Below, in pieces: positions 26,592-36,196 of a stretch of DNA of 64,000 nucleotides. Position 1 is the first letter of the stretch; each line of letters starts with the position of its first letter. Origin of the DNA: Acidimicrobiia bacterium. GTDB lineage: Bacteria; Actinomycetota; Acidimicrobiia; IMCC26256; PALSA-555. Under the pieces are notes generated by a model. That model had not been told where the DNA came from. It saw only the letters and a list, made by a program, of their open reading frames with translations, and did not search any database. A program made the translations under genes and the position numbers. The stretch is taken from contig JBPYDT010000060.1 in the NCBI GenBank assembly GCA_051986275.1, positions 24,838 to 88,837 on the forward strand, written 5' to 3'.

Positions 26592-27679
26592 TGGACGACG
26601 CCGAGCTTGAGGCACTCGGGCTCTACGACCCGCAGGCGCCAGGGGCCGCGGACCGCCTCAGTTTGCTCCGGCTCGCGCTGCACCACGGCGCCACCTTGGA
26701 CGAGATCCGCACCGCCATCGCCGGCTGGCGCCTGCACGCACTCGCTGCCGAGCGGGTCATGCTCGATCGGGCGCCTCGCCTCACCCTGGCGGACGCCGCT
26801 GAGCAGGCGGGCACCGACCTCGCGTTCGCCACGCGCGTCTGGCGTGCGCTCGGCTTCGTCGTGCCCCCGCCGGACGCCGCGGTGTGCACCGACGCCGATG
26901 TCGGCGTCCTCGCGTTCTATGACACGTTGCGGGTCGGCGTCGGTGAGAACTCGGCGGTGTCGCAGGCCCGTGTGACGGGCGCAGCGCTTTCTCGCGTCGC
27001 CGACTCCTCGATCCAGACGGTGCGCACCGACATCGAGGCGCCGATGCGGCAAGCCGGCGGCACCGACGTCGACCTCGGGGTCCGCTTTGTCGAGCTCGCG
27101 TCGACGCTCGTCCCGCGCATTTATCCGATGTTCGAGGCGGTGCACCGCCGTCATCTCGTCGAGGCCGCTCAGCGCTACTCGCTCTGGGGCGCGAGCCCGA
27201 CGCTCATGAGCACCACGGTGGCCGTGATCGGCTTCGCCGATCTCGTCGGGTACACCGCGCTCAACCAGCAGCTGACCACAGAGGAGCTCGGGCGGCTGAT
27301 CGACACCTTCGAGCAGCGGGTGCTCGACGCCGTGGCGCGCCCCGGCGCCCGCCTCGTGAAGGTGATCGGAGACGAGGCCATGTTCGTCGCCGGCACGGCC
27401 GACGACGCGGCGGCCGTGGCCCGGGACCTGCTCGGCGCCACGGAGCTGCCGACGATGCGCATCGGCGTCGCGGCCGGCACCCTCCTCGCCCGCGACGGCG
27501 ACCTCTTCGGGCCGGTTGTCAACCGCGCGGCGCGCCTCGAGCGGCTCGCTGAGCCGGGCCAGGCGCTGTGCGACGCCGACACGGCGCGTTGGCTGGTCGC
27601 GGCGCATGTCGCGCCGCTCGGCCCACGGACGCTCGCCGGGTTCGACGAGCCGGTCGAGGTGTTCGCGCTTACGGGGTGA
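26591..27679 (+). CDS. Class III adenylate/guanylate cyclase with a ~190-aa N-terminal domain of unknown function
   Basis: IGFADLVGYTAL, VKVIGDEAMFV and GPVVNRAARLE supply the metal Asp residues and the transition-state Asn/Arg. Confidence 0.85.
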   Translation: MDDAELEALGLYDPQAPGAADRLSLLRLALHHGATLDEIRTAIAGWRLHALAAERVMLDRAPRLTLADAAEQAGTDLAFATRVWRALGFVVPPPDAAVCTDADVGVLAFYDTLRVGVGENSAVSQARVTGAALSRVADSSIQTVRTDIEAPMRQAGGTDVDLGVRFVELASTLVPRIYPMFEAVHRRHLVEAAQRYSLWGASPTLMSTTVAVIGFADLVGYTALNQQLTTEELGRLIDTFEQRVLDAVARPGARLVKVIGDEAMFVAGTADDAAAVARDLLGATELPTMRIGVAAGTLLARDGDLFGPVVNRAARLERLAEPGQALCDADTARWLVAAHVAPLGPRTLAGFDEPVEVFALTG

Positions 27680-30404
27680 GCCGCACCGTCGCGACCCCCC
27701 ACGCGCGCAACGGGAACCCACCGTCGAAGGGCTCCAGTGGGCGGCCGACCAAGTCGACGAGCCAGCCCGACGCCGGCCCCCCGTCCTGCTCGAGCGTCAC
27801 CGTCGACGTGGCCGGGGTCGCGTTGAACACCCGCACGATCAGCCCGCCCGGCTCGCGGGTCACGGCCGAGACCTCGGCGCCGTCGACGCGGAGGGCCTGC
27901 CCCGTGGCCGCGGCCTCCCCGGTCGTCGCCGCGACCCGAGCCCGTTCGAGGGGAACGAGGAACTCGTCGGCGGCGGCGTGCAGGTCGGCGGTCCGCCAGT
28001 CCCCCCGGTGCGGGAGGAGCGCGTAGTCGACGTGCTGGCTGCCCTGGAGCTGGGGTCCTTCCAGCGCGTCCATGGGGCCCGCGGGGTTGGGGCGGAGCGA
28101 CGGCTCGACCCGTGAGAGGAAGCCGACGGCGCGGAGGAGCGTGAGCGCGAGCTCACGACCGTCGACCACCTCGTACTCGAGGAGCCCGTCGTGGAGCAGG
28201 GCGAGCCCGGCCGCGCCGTCCGAGCAGTCCACGAATCGGCGGGACACGAACGTCGGGAGACCTGCCTCGTGCGGGCCGCCCTCCGCGGTGAGCCCGCGGT
28301 GGACGACGGCGAACGCGCACTCGGCGTCCGAGCCGGTGACGGGGGCGGGAAGCGGGCAGTGCACGCGGAGGCGATGGTCGCGCGCGTGGTTGTCGATCTC
28401 GGCGTGCACGCGGAGGAACCGCTCGTCGGCGCGCAGCTCCAGCCGGGTCCGGACGGCGCAGCGCACGAGGTCGTCCTCGCGCCGCTCGCAGAACCGCATG
28501 TCACCGACCGCGCCCACCGGCCAGGCGTAGGTCGCGGTCAGCTCCAGCGCGGCGCGCACCGGGCCCCGCTCGGCGACGCGCACCGTCACCGTCTCGGGCG
28601 CGTCGACGACGCGATCGACCACGGGCGGTGAGTAGTTGTAGGTGTCGCCGCCGTCCCCGCCGTCGACGAGGCGGACGCCAGCGACGCTGACGCCGTCGCG
28701 CGTCTCGACCGCGAACGTGCCGTCGCGGGCGTCGACGGTCACCACGAGGTGCTCGTTCTCGAGGCGATCCTCGCTGGCGGCGACCGCGGTGGCGGGGCCG
28801 TCGCCCGGGGCCGCCTGGAAGGTGCCCCAGCCGAACCCGGCGATCGGGGTGGCCGCGAACAGCACCCCCCGAGTCGGAGCGAGCTCCTGCTTGAACCGGA
28901 GCGTCGCACCTGTCTCGCCGAGGGCGAGCAGCTCTTCGCGGGTCGGCTCGAGATCGATCGGCTCCTCCCCGGGGTGGACGGCCCGGAATGTGTACTCCCA
29001 GTCGTTCGCCGCGACCTCGCGACGCGTGACCTCGGCGACGCGCGCGGCCGCGAACTCGACGCCGCGCATCAGCTCGAGCACCCAGCGCACCTTCTCGCCC
29101 ACGACGATCGCCCGGAAGCCCTCGGTGCCGCGCTCCCAGATGACCTGGGTCGGGCACGGGGTCCCGTCGGCGGCCGCGAGGTGCACCGGCCCGGCGCCCG
29201 CGACGACGCCCTCCACGAGGCCACCCCGGTCGTGGGGGGTCGGGTTCACGACCACCGTGGCGCCGGGCGCCGCGGCCACCCGGCGCGCCAGCGCGTGCAG
29301 GGCGTCCCGGACGAGTGTGTCCCCGATCTGGCGCGCCTCCTCGTAGCGGACCCGCACCGCCTCGACGACCTCGTCGTGGCTGCAGGCGCACGACGAGTCG
29401 TGCGCGCTGTTGAGGACCAGCTGGCGCCAGGCCACGCCCAGCAGCGCCGCCGGATACTCGCCGGGTGGGCGCAAGAGCGCCGAGAGCGGCTCGGCGCGCC
29501 GCTCGAGGGCCCGCTCCGCGGCCGCGCAGAGCTGGTGCACGTCGACGCGGTTCGACGCGACCCCCATCAGCACGTTGGCGCGCGCCCCGGACCGCAGCTC
29601 CCCCGACCACGTCGTGAGGCCATCCGTCGGCTGGTCGGCGAGGTACTCGGGCAGGGATGTGACCACGAACCGGTAGTCGTCCTGGAGCTCGTTCGCCTCG
29701 GCGACCACGCGGCCCAGCCACGGCTGGGGCAGCTGGTGGTCGGTGCCGTTCATGAGCAGCATCCCGCCGCCCGGCAGGCGTGCCCGGCCGAGCTCGAGCT
29801 CGTAGCCGTGCGCGCGGGTGACCAGCGCCTTCGCGTCGTCGGGCAGGTCGCGCCCGTTCGAGTACGACCCGTAGAGGTACTCGGCGCGCACCCGCGACCC
29901 GTCGGGCGCCTCCCACCAGAACGCCGTCTCGGTGACGGCCTGGGGCACCCCCCGCCAGACGACGGCGTGTCGCAGCCCCGCGAGCGCGAGGAGCTGGGGC
30001 ATCTGGGCCACGTGACCGAACATGTCCGGGAGGTAGCCGACCTGCATCGCGCCGCCGAGCTCGGTGGCGCGGGCCATGCCGAACTGCAGGTCGCGCACGA
30101 GCGTCTCGCCCGAGACCATGAACTCGTCCATCAGGATCATCCACGGCCCGACCTGCAGCCTCCCGCTCGTGGCGAGACGGGCGAGCCGCGCCGCAGCCTC
30201 CGGGCGAACGGCGAGGTAGTCGTCGAGCACCGCGGTCTGGCCGTCCAGCAGGAAGCGCGCGTACGACAGGTCCGCCTCGAGCAGCGGGAGCAGCCGGTCG
30301 AGCAACGCCACGAGGCGGATCCGGAACACCTGGAACGGCAGGTACCACTCGCGGTCCCAGTGCGTGTGCGGGACGATCGCGACGGTCGTCGGCTGGTCCG
30401 GCAT
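27669..30404 (-). CDS. Glycoside hydrolase family 38 alpha-mannosidase
   Basis: ATG 30404 gives MPDQPTTVAIVPHTHWDREWYLPFQ, the GH38 metal-site motif. 911 aa. Confidence 0.85.
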   Translation of the reverse strand: MPDQPTTVAIVPHTHWDREWYLPFQVFRIRLVALLDRLLPLLEADLSYARFLLDGQTAVLDDYLAVRPEAAARLARLATSGRLQVGPWMILMDEFMVSGETLVRDLQFGMARATELGGAMQVGYLPDMFGHVAQMPQLLALAGLRHAVVWRGVPQAVTETAFWWEAPDGSRVRAEYLYGSYSNGRDLPDDAKALVTRAHGYELELGRARLPGGGMLLMNGTDHQLPQPWLGRVVAEANELQDDYRFVVTSLPEYLADQPTDGLTTWSGELRSGARANVLMGVASNRVDVHQLCAAAERALERRAEPLSALLRPPGEYPAALLGVAWRQLVLNSAHDSSCACSHDEVVEAVRVRYEEARQIGDTLVRDALHALARRVAAAPGATVVVNPTPHDRGGLVEGVVAGAGPVHLAAADGTPCPTQVIWERGTEGFRAIVVGEKVRWVLELMRGVEFAAARVAEVTRREVAANDWEYTFRAVHPGEEPIDLEPTREELLALGETGATLRFKQELAPTRGVLFAATPIAGFGWGTFQAAPGDGPATAVAASEDRLENEHLVVTVDARDGTFAVETRDGVSVAGVRLVDGGDGGDTYNYSPPVVDRVVDAPETVTVRVAERGPVRAALELTATYAWPVGAVGDMRFCERREDDLVRCAVRTRLELRADERFLRVHAEIDNHARDHRLRVHCPLPAPVTGSDAECAFAVVHRGLTAEGGPHEAGLPTFVSRRFVDCSDGAAGLALLHDGLLEYEVVDGRELALTLLRAVGFLSRVEPSLRPNPAGPMDALEGPQLQGSQHVDYALLPHRGDWRTADLHAAADEFLVPLERARVAATTGEAAATGQALRVDGAEVSAVTREPGGLIVRVFNATPATSTVTLEQDGGPASGWLVDLVGRPLEPFDGGFPLRAWGVATVRLTP

Positions 30405-30452
30405 CGGCGCGCAGCCTACGAGCCTCGGGAAGCGGCCACGTACGATCGGCGG

Positions 30453-31094
30453 ATGCCGGCGCTCGACCTGTCGCGGACCTCGGTGTTCCTCGACTTCGAC
30501 GGGACGGTCACCGAGGCCGACGTCGGCCGGCACCTGCTCGATCGGCTGGCGACCGCCGACTGGGAGCAGCTCAGCGACGACTACCGGCGCGGCGTGATCG
30601 GCAGTCGCGAGTGCCTGCTCGGGCAGTGGGCTCTCTTGCCGCCCGACGAGGGAAGGCTGCGCGCCACGGCTGCCGAGGTGCCGCTCGACCCCGACTTCTC
30701 GCGGCTGGTCGCGGCGTTGCGGGAGGCGGGCGCCGACGTCACCGTCGTGTCCGACGGCTTCGGGTTCCGCGCCGAGGAGGTCTGCGAGGGGGTTGGCGTG
30801 CCGGTGCTCACCAATCACGTCGACTGGGCCAGCGGGCGCCTCGAGTTCCCGCACGAGGACCGGTGTTGTCCCTGCTCAACGTGCGGGACGTGCAAGCAGG
30901 CGCCCATCAAGGACGCGCACGCGGCCGGGCGCACCACCGTGCTCGTGGGGGACGGCACGAGCGATCACAAGGCGGCGCTGCTGGCCGACGTCGTCTTCGC
31001 GAAGCGACGACTGGCGGCGTGGTGCGACATGTTCGACGTCCCATACCACCGGTTCGCAACGCTCGCCGACGTCCGCGCCGCTCTGGTCCCGTAG
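30453..31094 (+). CDS. HAD-IB family phosphatase (MtnX-like) with a Cys cluster
   Basis: DFDGTVT (motif I), GDGTSD (motif IV), and CCPCSTCGTCK. Confidence 0.8.
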   Translation: MPALDLSRTSVFLDFDGTVTEADVGRHLLDRLATADWEQLSDDYRRGVIGSRECLLGQWALLPPDEGRLRATAAEVPLDPDFSRLVAALREAGADVTVVSDGFGFRAEEVCEGVGVPVLTNHVDWASGRLEFPHEDRCCPCSTCGTCKQAPIKDAHAAGRTTVLVGDGTSDHKAALLADVVFAKRRLAAWCDMFDVPYHRFATLADVRAALVP

Positions 31095-31103
31095 CCTGAG
31101 GGC

Positions 31104-31526
31104 GTGCGAGTCGCCCTCGGGTCCGACGAGCGCACGGCGCTGACCGACGCCGTGACCGCCGATCTTCGGGACCGAGGTCACGAGGTCGTGCTGGTCGGGC
31201 CGCCCGCGGGGGAAGCGAAGGCGTGGGCGGAGGTGGGCCACGACGTCGGCGAGCTCGTCGCCTCCGGGGACTGTGACACCGCCGTCCTGTTCTGCTGGAC
31301 CGGGACCGGCGCGTCCATCGCGGCGAACAAGGTGCCGGGCGTGCGCGCCGCGCTGTGCACCGACGCCGAGACCGCGTCCGGGGCCCGTCGGTGGAACGAC
31401 GCCAACGTCGTCGTGATGGGGCTGCGACTTACGAGCGCCGATGTCGCGCACGAGATGCTCGACGCCTGGTTCAGCGCCGAGCCCGACCCGGCCGAAGCCG
31501 GCAACATCGGTCGCCTCGAGCACTGA
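31104..31526 (+). CDS. rpiB: Ribose-5-phosphate isomerase B (RpiB/LacA/LacB family)
   Basis: 140 aa. CWTGTGASIAANK and ARRWNDANVVVMG are present. Confidence 0.9.
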   Translation: MRVALGSDERTALTDAVTADLRDRGHEVVLVGPPAGEAKAWAEVGHDVGELVASGDCDTAVLFCWTGTGASIAANKVPGVRAALCTDAETASGARRWNDANVVVMGLRLTSADVAHEMLDAWFSAEPDPAEAGNIGRLEH

Positions 31527-31607
31527 TCGCACTGCGTGGCCGCCGATGGCGCGGCCCACCGGTGCGGCGACGGCGATCTACGCTCCGGGCGAGTGGGCAC
31601 CTACGTG

Positions 31608-31886
31608 ATGCTGACGACGCTCGGACCGGACGGCTGGGCGACGGTGCGAGAGCATCCCGAGCGCATCCAGGAGGTCACGGCGGAGGTCGAGGCGATGGGC
31701 CTGCGCGTGGTCGTGCAGTACGCGCTCATGGGCCAGTGGGACTTCCTGAACGTCATCGAGGCACCCGACGAGGCCACCCTCGCGAAGGCCGCGATCACCC
31801 TGGCGGCGCGGGGGACGATGCGGACGATGACGCTCCAGGCCGTCCCGGTCGATCAGCTGGTGGCGCGTCTACGCGAAGAGGCCTGA
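31608..31886 (+). CDS. GYD domain protein
   Basis: MLTTLGPDGWATVREHPERIQEV...QYALMGQWDFLNVIEAPDEATLAKA. Alternative GTG at 31605. Confidence 0.75.
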   Translation: MLTTLGPDGWATVREHPERIQEVTAEVEAMGLRVVVQYALMGQWDFLNVIEAPDEATLAKAAITLAARGTMRTMTLQAVPVDQLVARLREEA

Positions 31887-31891
31887 ACCCC

Positions 31892-32098
31892 TCAGATCCA
31901 CCACAGGGAGCGTCCGCGGCGCTCCTCCCTCACCTCGTCGTCGACGAAGAGGGAGGGCAGCACGCTGCCGTCCGAGCGGCGCCGGACCCGGTACTGGGCG
32001 GTCCCCGCGTCCTCGCTGAGGACCGCGTCGACCACGAAACCCCGGGCCCACCGACGATCGAACCGGGAGCGCACCTCGATCCGCGTACCGGGCTGCAT
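31892..32098 (-). CDS. Small hypothetical protein (68 aa)
   Basis: ATG 32098. GC3 is near-saturated when read by hand codon by codon. No family recognised. Confidence 0.45.
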   Translation of the reverse strand: MQPGTRIEVRSRFDRRWARGFVVDAVLSEDAGTAQYRVRRRSDGSVLPSLFVDDEVREERRGRSLWWI

Positions 32099-32123
32099 CC
32101 GCGGGCATGGTACCCAGCAGATC

Positions 32124-32834
32124 ATGTCGGCCACACACCGAGTTCGTGACGAGGCGGTGAACGGTAACTTCCCCGCCGTGACGTACCCGACACTCCGCCT
32201 CGAGCGACGGTGCTGGGAGGCGGGGGATCGGGTCGTCGTCGGGATCGACGAGGTCGGTCGGGGCGCCTGGGCTGGCCCGGTGACAGTGGGGGCGGTGGTC
32301 TCGGCGCCCGAGCACGTGCGCGGCATCCGCGACTCGAAGCAGCTCACCCGCGAGGAGCGCGAGCGCGCCGCAGCGGCCGTCCACGGCTGGGCACGGGCGA
32401 CCGCTCTCGGGCACGCGACGTACGAGGAGTGCGACGCGCTCGGGATGACGCTCGCGCTCCGCACCGCGGCGCGACGGGCGCTGGCGCAGCTCGCGGCGCA
32501 GGGCTTCGAGCCCGACCGCATCATCCTCGACGGAAAGTTCGACTACATCGGGCGGCCCGATCTGGTCCGCACGGTCGTGAAGGGCGACGTGACCGTGCTC
32601 GCCGTCGCCGCGGCCTCCTGCGTCGCGAAGGTGGCCCGCGACGCGCTCATGGCCGAGGAGGCCGAGCACTACCCGCCGTACGACTTCGAGTCGAACGTCG
32701 GCTACCCGGCCCCCCTGCACCAGTGCGCGCTTCGCGCCTACGGGCCGAGCGCGATCCACCGCCGCTCGTGGATCTTCATGGACGGGCTCTGCTGGCGAGG
32801 GGTGCCTCCCGCACCGGGCCGGCTCTTCGCGTAG
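32124..32834 (+). CDS. rnhB: Ribonuclease HII
   Basis: VVGIDEVGRGAWAGPV and DSKQLT motifs. Alternative GTG start at 32178. Confidence 0.9.
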   Translation: MSATHRVRDEAVNGNFPAVTYPTLRLERRCWEAGDRVVVGIDEVGRGAWAGPVTVGAVVSAPEHVRGIRDSKQLTREERERAAAAVHGWARATALGHATYEECDALGMTLALRTAARRALAQLAAQGFEPDRIILDGKFDYIGRPDLVRTVVKGDVTVLAVAAASCVAKVARDALMAEEAEHYPPYDFESNVGYPAPLHQCALRAYGPSAIHRRSWIFMDGLCWRGVPPAPGRLFA

Positions 32835-32867
32835 CCTCGTCCCACCCACGCGCGAGGAGGGCGGTCG

Positions 32868-33434
32868 TTGGTGGATCTCCCGGAGGTGCACGCGCAGGCG
32901 CTCGACGCGACCCGGCCGCTCGTCGCCGGCGTCGGCCCCGACCAGTGGACCGCGGCCACACCGTGCGACGACTGGGACGTCCGGGCGCTGCTGAACCATC
33001 TGACGAGCGGCAACTTCTGGGTCACGCCGCTCGTCGCGGGGCAGACGATCGAGCAGGTCGGTGATCGGCTCGACGGGGACATCCTCGGCGACGACCCGCT
33101 CGCCGCGTACGAGGCGTCGGCGGGGGAAGCCGCGGCGGCGTTCCGCGGTCCGGGCGCGATGGACTCGCCCGTCGCGGTGTCGTACGGCCCCGTGCCCGGG
33201 TCGGTGTACTGCGGCCACCGCTTCATCGACGTGCTCATCCACGGATGGGACCTCGCCCGCGCCACCGGGCAGAACACGACGTTGCCACCCGACCTCGTCG
33301 AGGCGTGCTTCGAGGTCGTCGAGCCGCAGCGCGAGCTGCTCGAGGGCAGCGGTGAGTTCGGCACGTTCCAGCAGGTCGGGGCGCAAGCCGATCGGCAGAC
33401 GCAGCTGCTCGCCATCCTCGGACGGCGCGTCTGA
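32868..33434 (+). CDS. DinB/MDMPI-like protein (TIGR03086-type, mycothiol maleylpyruvate isomerase N-terminal domain)
   Basis: 188 aa. QWTAATPCDDWDVRALLNHL and a C-terminal FIDVLIHGWDLARA. Confidence 0.8.
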   Translation: MVDLPEVHAQALDATRPLVAGVGPDQWTAATPCDDWDVRALLNHLTSGNFWVTPLVAGQTIEQVGDRLDGDILGDDPLAAYEASAGEAAAAFRGPGAMDSPVAVSYGPVPGSVYCGHRFIDVLIHGWDLARATGQNTTLPPDLVEACFEVVEPQRELLEGSGEFGTFQQVGAQADRQTQLLAILGRRV

Positions 33435-33451
33435 CCCTCTAGGCTCGCCGC

Positions 33452-33820
33452 ATGGGTCAGGAGATCACCGTGACGGCGCGTCGCGGCGCGTCACCGTCGG
33501 TGATGATCTTCGACTGCAACCGCTCCATCACCGGGATGGCGATCGAGCGGTACGCGTCAGTCGACGACACGTCGGGCGGGCGCCCGCCCGACGTGCTGGC
33601 GCGGCGGCTCTTCGACCTCGGCGCGACGCGCGTCACCGTCTACTCGAGCGCGGTGACCGTCGAGGCGCCGCCTGAGCGGTGGGGCGAGCTCGAAGGGCAG
33701 GTCGAGCACGCCATCCAGCACCTCTTCGGTTACTACGGCGACGAGGCCGGCTGGTCGCCCGATGCGCTGCGCGCCGTCGGCGTCGAGCCCGTGCTGCCCC
33801 CGGAGCCCGCCGCCGAGTGA
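33452..33820 (+). CDS. Hypothetical protein (122 aa)
   Basis: High GC3, and a GTGA overlap with the downstream methyltransferase. Contains an NRSITGM motif. Function not assigned. Confidence 0.6.
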   Translation: MGQEITVTARRGASPSVMIFDCNRSITGMAIERYASVDDTSGGRPPDVLARRLFDLGATRVTVYSSAVTVEAPPERWGELEGQVEHAIQHLFGYYGDEAGWSPDALRAVGVEPVLPPEPAAE

Positions 33821-34539
33821 CCGACTCGCTGCGCCGGGCCTGGGAGGACCAGGCCGACGCGTGGGCGGCGTGGGCCCGAGCGCCGGGCCACGACATGTTC
33901 TGGCACCACACCTGGCCGGAGCTCGCTGCCCTCCTCCCCGAGCCCGCCGACTTGACCCTCGACCTGGGCTGTGGCGAGGGGCGACTCGGGCGAGAGCTGA
34001 CCGCGCTCGGACACCACGTCGTCGGCTTCGACAGCTCGCCGAGGATGGTCCGCTTCGCCGTTACTCACGCCCAGCCACTGACGGCCGTGCTCGCCGACAT
34101 CTCGCACCTGCCGGTTCGACGGGGCGCCGCTGACCTCGCGGTCGGGTGCATGTCGTTCCACGACGTCGACGACCTGGCCGGCGCGGTCCACGACGCCGCG
34201 GCGGCGCTCCGCCCGGGCGGACGGCTCTGCCTGGCGATCGTGCACCCCATCAACTCGGCGGGGGCGTTCGCCGACCGGACGCCGGACGCGCCGTTCGTGA
34301 TCCGCGGCTCGTACCTCGACGAGTTCCGGTACAGCGACGACGTCGAGCGCGACGGGTACACGATGACGTTCAACTCGATGCACCGTCCGCTCGAGGCGTA
34401 CACACGGGCGTTCGAGCACGCCGGGTTGCTGCTCGAGGCGCTGCGCGAGCCGGCCTTCCGGGGGCCGGCGTCGGCCGCCGAGTTCCACGGCTGGGACCGA
34501 CTCCCGCTCTTCTGTCTCCTGCGCGCCCGCAAGCCCTGA
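33817..34539 (+). CDS. Class I SAM-dependent methyltransferase
   Basis: GTG 33817. Motif I LDLGCGEGRLG and post-I VVGFDSSPRM. Confidence 0.85.
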   Translation: MTDSLRRAWEDQADAWAAWARAPGHDMFWHHTWPELAALLPEPADLTLDLGCGEGRLGRELTALGHHVVGFDSSPRMVRFAVTHAQPLTAVLADISHLPVRRGAADLAVGCMSFHDVDDLAGAVHDAAAALRPGGRLCLAIVHPINSAGAFADRTPDAPFVIRGSYLDEFRYSDDVERDGYTMTFNSMHRPLEAYTRAFEHAGLLLEALREPAFRGPASAAEFHGWDRLPLFCLLRARKP

Positions 34540-34614
34540 TCGGCCGACACCGCCCAGCGATCAGCGTCCTACGAGGGCACGGTTGTGACCGAGGCGGCGC
34601 GATCGCGGTGAGTG

Positions 34615-35331
34615 CTACGAGAGCGAGGCGTCCAGCATCCGCGCGTAGCCGTCGGACAGCTCGAGCAGCGCCTTGCGGCAGTCACCCTGGTAGGCGGGCC
34701 CGTGCATCAGAGCGAGCGTGTCGATGTCGAGCTCACTCAGACGCCGGATCGTCGGGGCGGTGGACGGGGTGAGCGCGGTGGGAGCGCCGAAGGACTCGCT
34801 CGCGAGTGCGTCGGGGACGATGTCGTCGGTCGTCGTGGCGGTCGCCTCGCCGAACCGGGTGCCGAGGTCTCCGCAGAACAGGGTGCGCGTCACTTCCTCG
34901 TAGAGCACGTGCGCGTCCCAGCCGTGCGGAACGTGTGGAGTCTCGACGTTGCGCACCCGCCGGCCGCCCAGGTCCAGCACCTCGCCGTCGTCGAGCGGTC
35001 GCGGCGGGCGGTCGGCGAGGTCGTTCACCTGGACCACGCAGGCCAAGGCGCCGTGTGCGATCTGCGCCCGCGGCGCCGCGTCAAGGTACGCGTTCATGGC
35101 ACCCATCTCGTCCGCTTCGACGTGCCCGAACGTGACCCACCGCAGCCGCTCGAGCGGGACCACGCGGCCGATCGCCTCGGATGTGAGCGGGAACAGCGAC
35201 CGCAGGCCGGTGTGGAAGAGCAGCGGCTCGTCCGAGCGCACCACGAACTGGTTGAAGACGATGTTGGCGTCGGGCACGTACGTGGAGAGTCGGAAGACGT
35301 CGTCGGCGATCTCGTCCAGCTGGGTCTGCAT
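34615..35331 (-). CDS. MBL-fold metallo-hydrolase-like protein
   Basis: ATG 35331 gives MQTQLDEIADDVFRLSTYVP...FNQFVV...LLFHTG, which resembles an ODP/MBL-type N-terminus. Confidence 0.75.
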   Translation of the reverse strand: MQTQLDEIADDVFRLSTYVPDANIVFNQFVVRSDEPLLFHTGLRSLFPLTSEAIGRVVPLERLRWVTFGHVEADEMGAMNAYLDAAPRAQIAHGALACVVQVNDLADRPPRPLDDGEVLDLGGRRVRNVETPHVPHGWDAHVLYEEVTRTLFCGDLGTRFGEATATTTDDIVPDALASESFGAPTALTPSTAPTIRRLSELDIDTLALMHGPAYQGDCRKALLELSDGYARMLDASLS

Positions 35332-35514
35332 GGTTGGTGTCCTTTCAGGGCCGACGGGGCGACCTCGGCGAGGCACGGGTCGCGGAGCGTGCTGGGTCAC
35401 GAGCCGCTGAACGGTGCGGTCCAGGCATCCATGGTGTCGGGCCCGCGGTCCCGAGCGAGCGGACCGGCAGCGGGTGCCGCAGCTTGGCGCCAGGGGCACG
35501 GAGCCTTTTGCGCA

Positions 35515-35530
35515 TCGAACATGTGTTCGC
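35515..35530. promoter_or_regulatory. LexA (SOS/Cheo-type) box TCGAACATGTGTTCGC upstream of imuA'
   Basis: GAAC-N4-GTTC core, followed by TATACC at 35531-35536 and ATG 35543, so a leaderless start is possible. Confidence 0.75.
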
Positions 35531-35542
35531 TATACCAGGGGG

Positions 35543-36196
35543 ATGGTGCTCGTGGCCCTGCCCGCGCGGGATCCCGACGCCCGGGCCCGGCTGGCCGAGC
35601 TCGGGGGGCGGGCCCGCCCAGTCGTCCTCGCCCGTGACCGGGCCCTCGACGTCCCGGGCTCGCTCAGCGAGCTGCTGCCCGATGGCCTCGTGCGCGGCTC
35701 GGTCGCCGTGGTCGACGGGGTGCCGGGCAGCGGAGCGACGTCCGTCGCCCTGACCCTGTGCGCCGCGGCGACCGGTGTGGGGGAGTGGGCCGCCGCGGTC
35801 GACCTCGAGGGCACGCTCGGCGGGGAGGCGGCCGCCGCGGCCGGCGTCGCCCTCGACCGGTTCGTCGTGGCCCGGCGGGTCCCCCCCGCCCGCTGGGCCA
35901 CGACCGTCGACGTCCTGCTCGACGGGATGAGCCTCGTCGTGGGCGAGGTGCCCCGCCATCTCCGCGTCGGTGACGCCCGCCGCCTCGAGGCCCGCACCCG
36001 CGAGCGCGGCGGGGTGCTCGTCGCCCTCACCGGCCCCGCGAGCCGCTGGCCGGCCGGCGCCACGGCGCGGCTGCGGGTCGAAGGGGGCCCGTGGCCGGGG
36101 CTCGGCGCGGGGCACGGCCTCCTCTCTTCCCGGTCGCCGCAGGTGCGCGTCGCGGACCACGGGACCCGCGAACGGGTCGGTGTCCTCGCCGGCTGA
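35543..36196 (+). CDS. imuA: ImuA' (RecA-fold SOS mutasome accessory protein)
   Basis: Sits immediately upstream of and overlapping imuB, has its own LexA box, and carries a degenerate P-loop-like GVPGSGATS. Confidence 0.75.
   Translation: MVLVALPARDPDARARLAELGGRARPVVLARDRALDVPGSLSELLPDGLVRGSVAVVDGVPGSGATSVALTLCAAATGVGEWAAAVDLEGTLGGEAAAAAGVALDRFVVARRVPPARWATTVDVLLDGMSLVVGEVPRHLRVGDARRLEARTRERGGVLVALTGPASRWPAGATARLRVEGGPWPGLGAGHGLLSSRSPQVRVADHGTRERVGVLAG

Noticed and set aside
28501-30348. A 615-aa minus-strand ORF and many similar long Arg/Ala/Pro/Gly-rich ORFs. Examples: 39889-42345, 39156-41099, 15010-16650, 23845-25737, 19240-20784, 52808-54394, 10786-12081.
   Set aside because: They lie in alternative frames or antisense to genes with clear motifs (GH38, dnaE2, CoxL, gpsA, gltX, thiolase, P450). 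Their composition is the usual high-GC shadow-ORF artefact.
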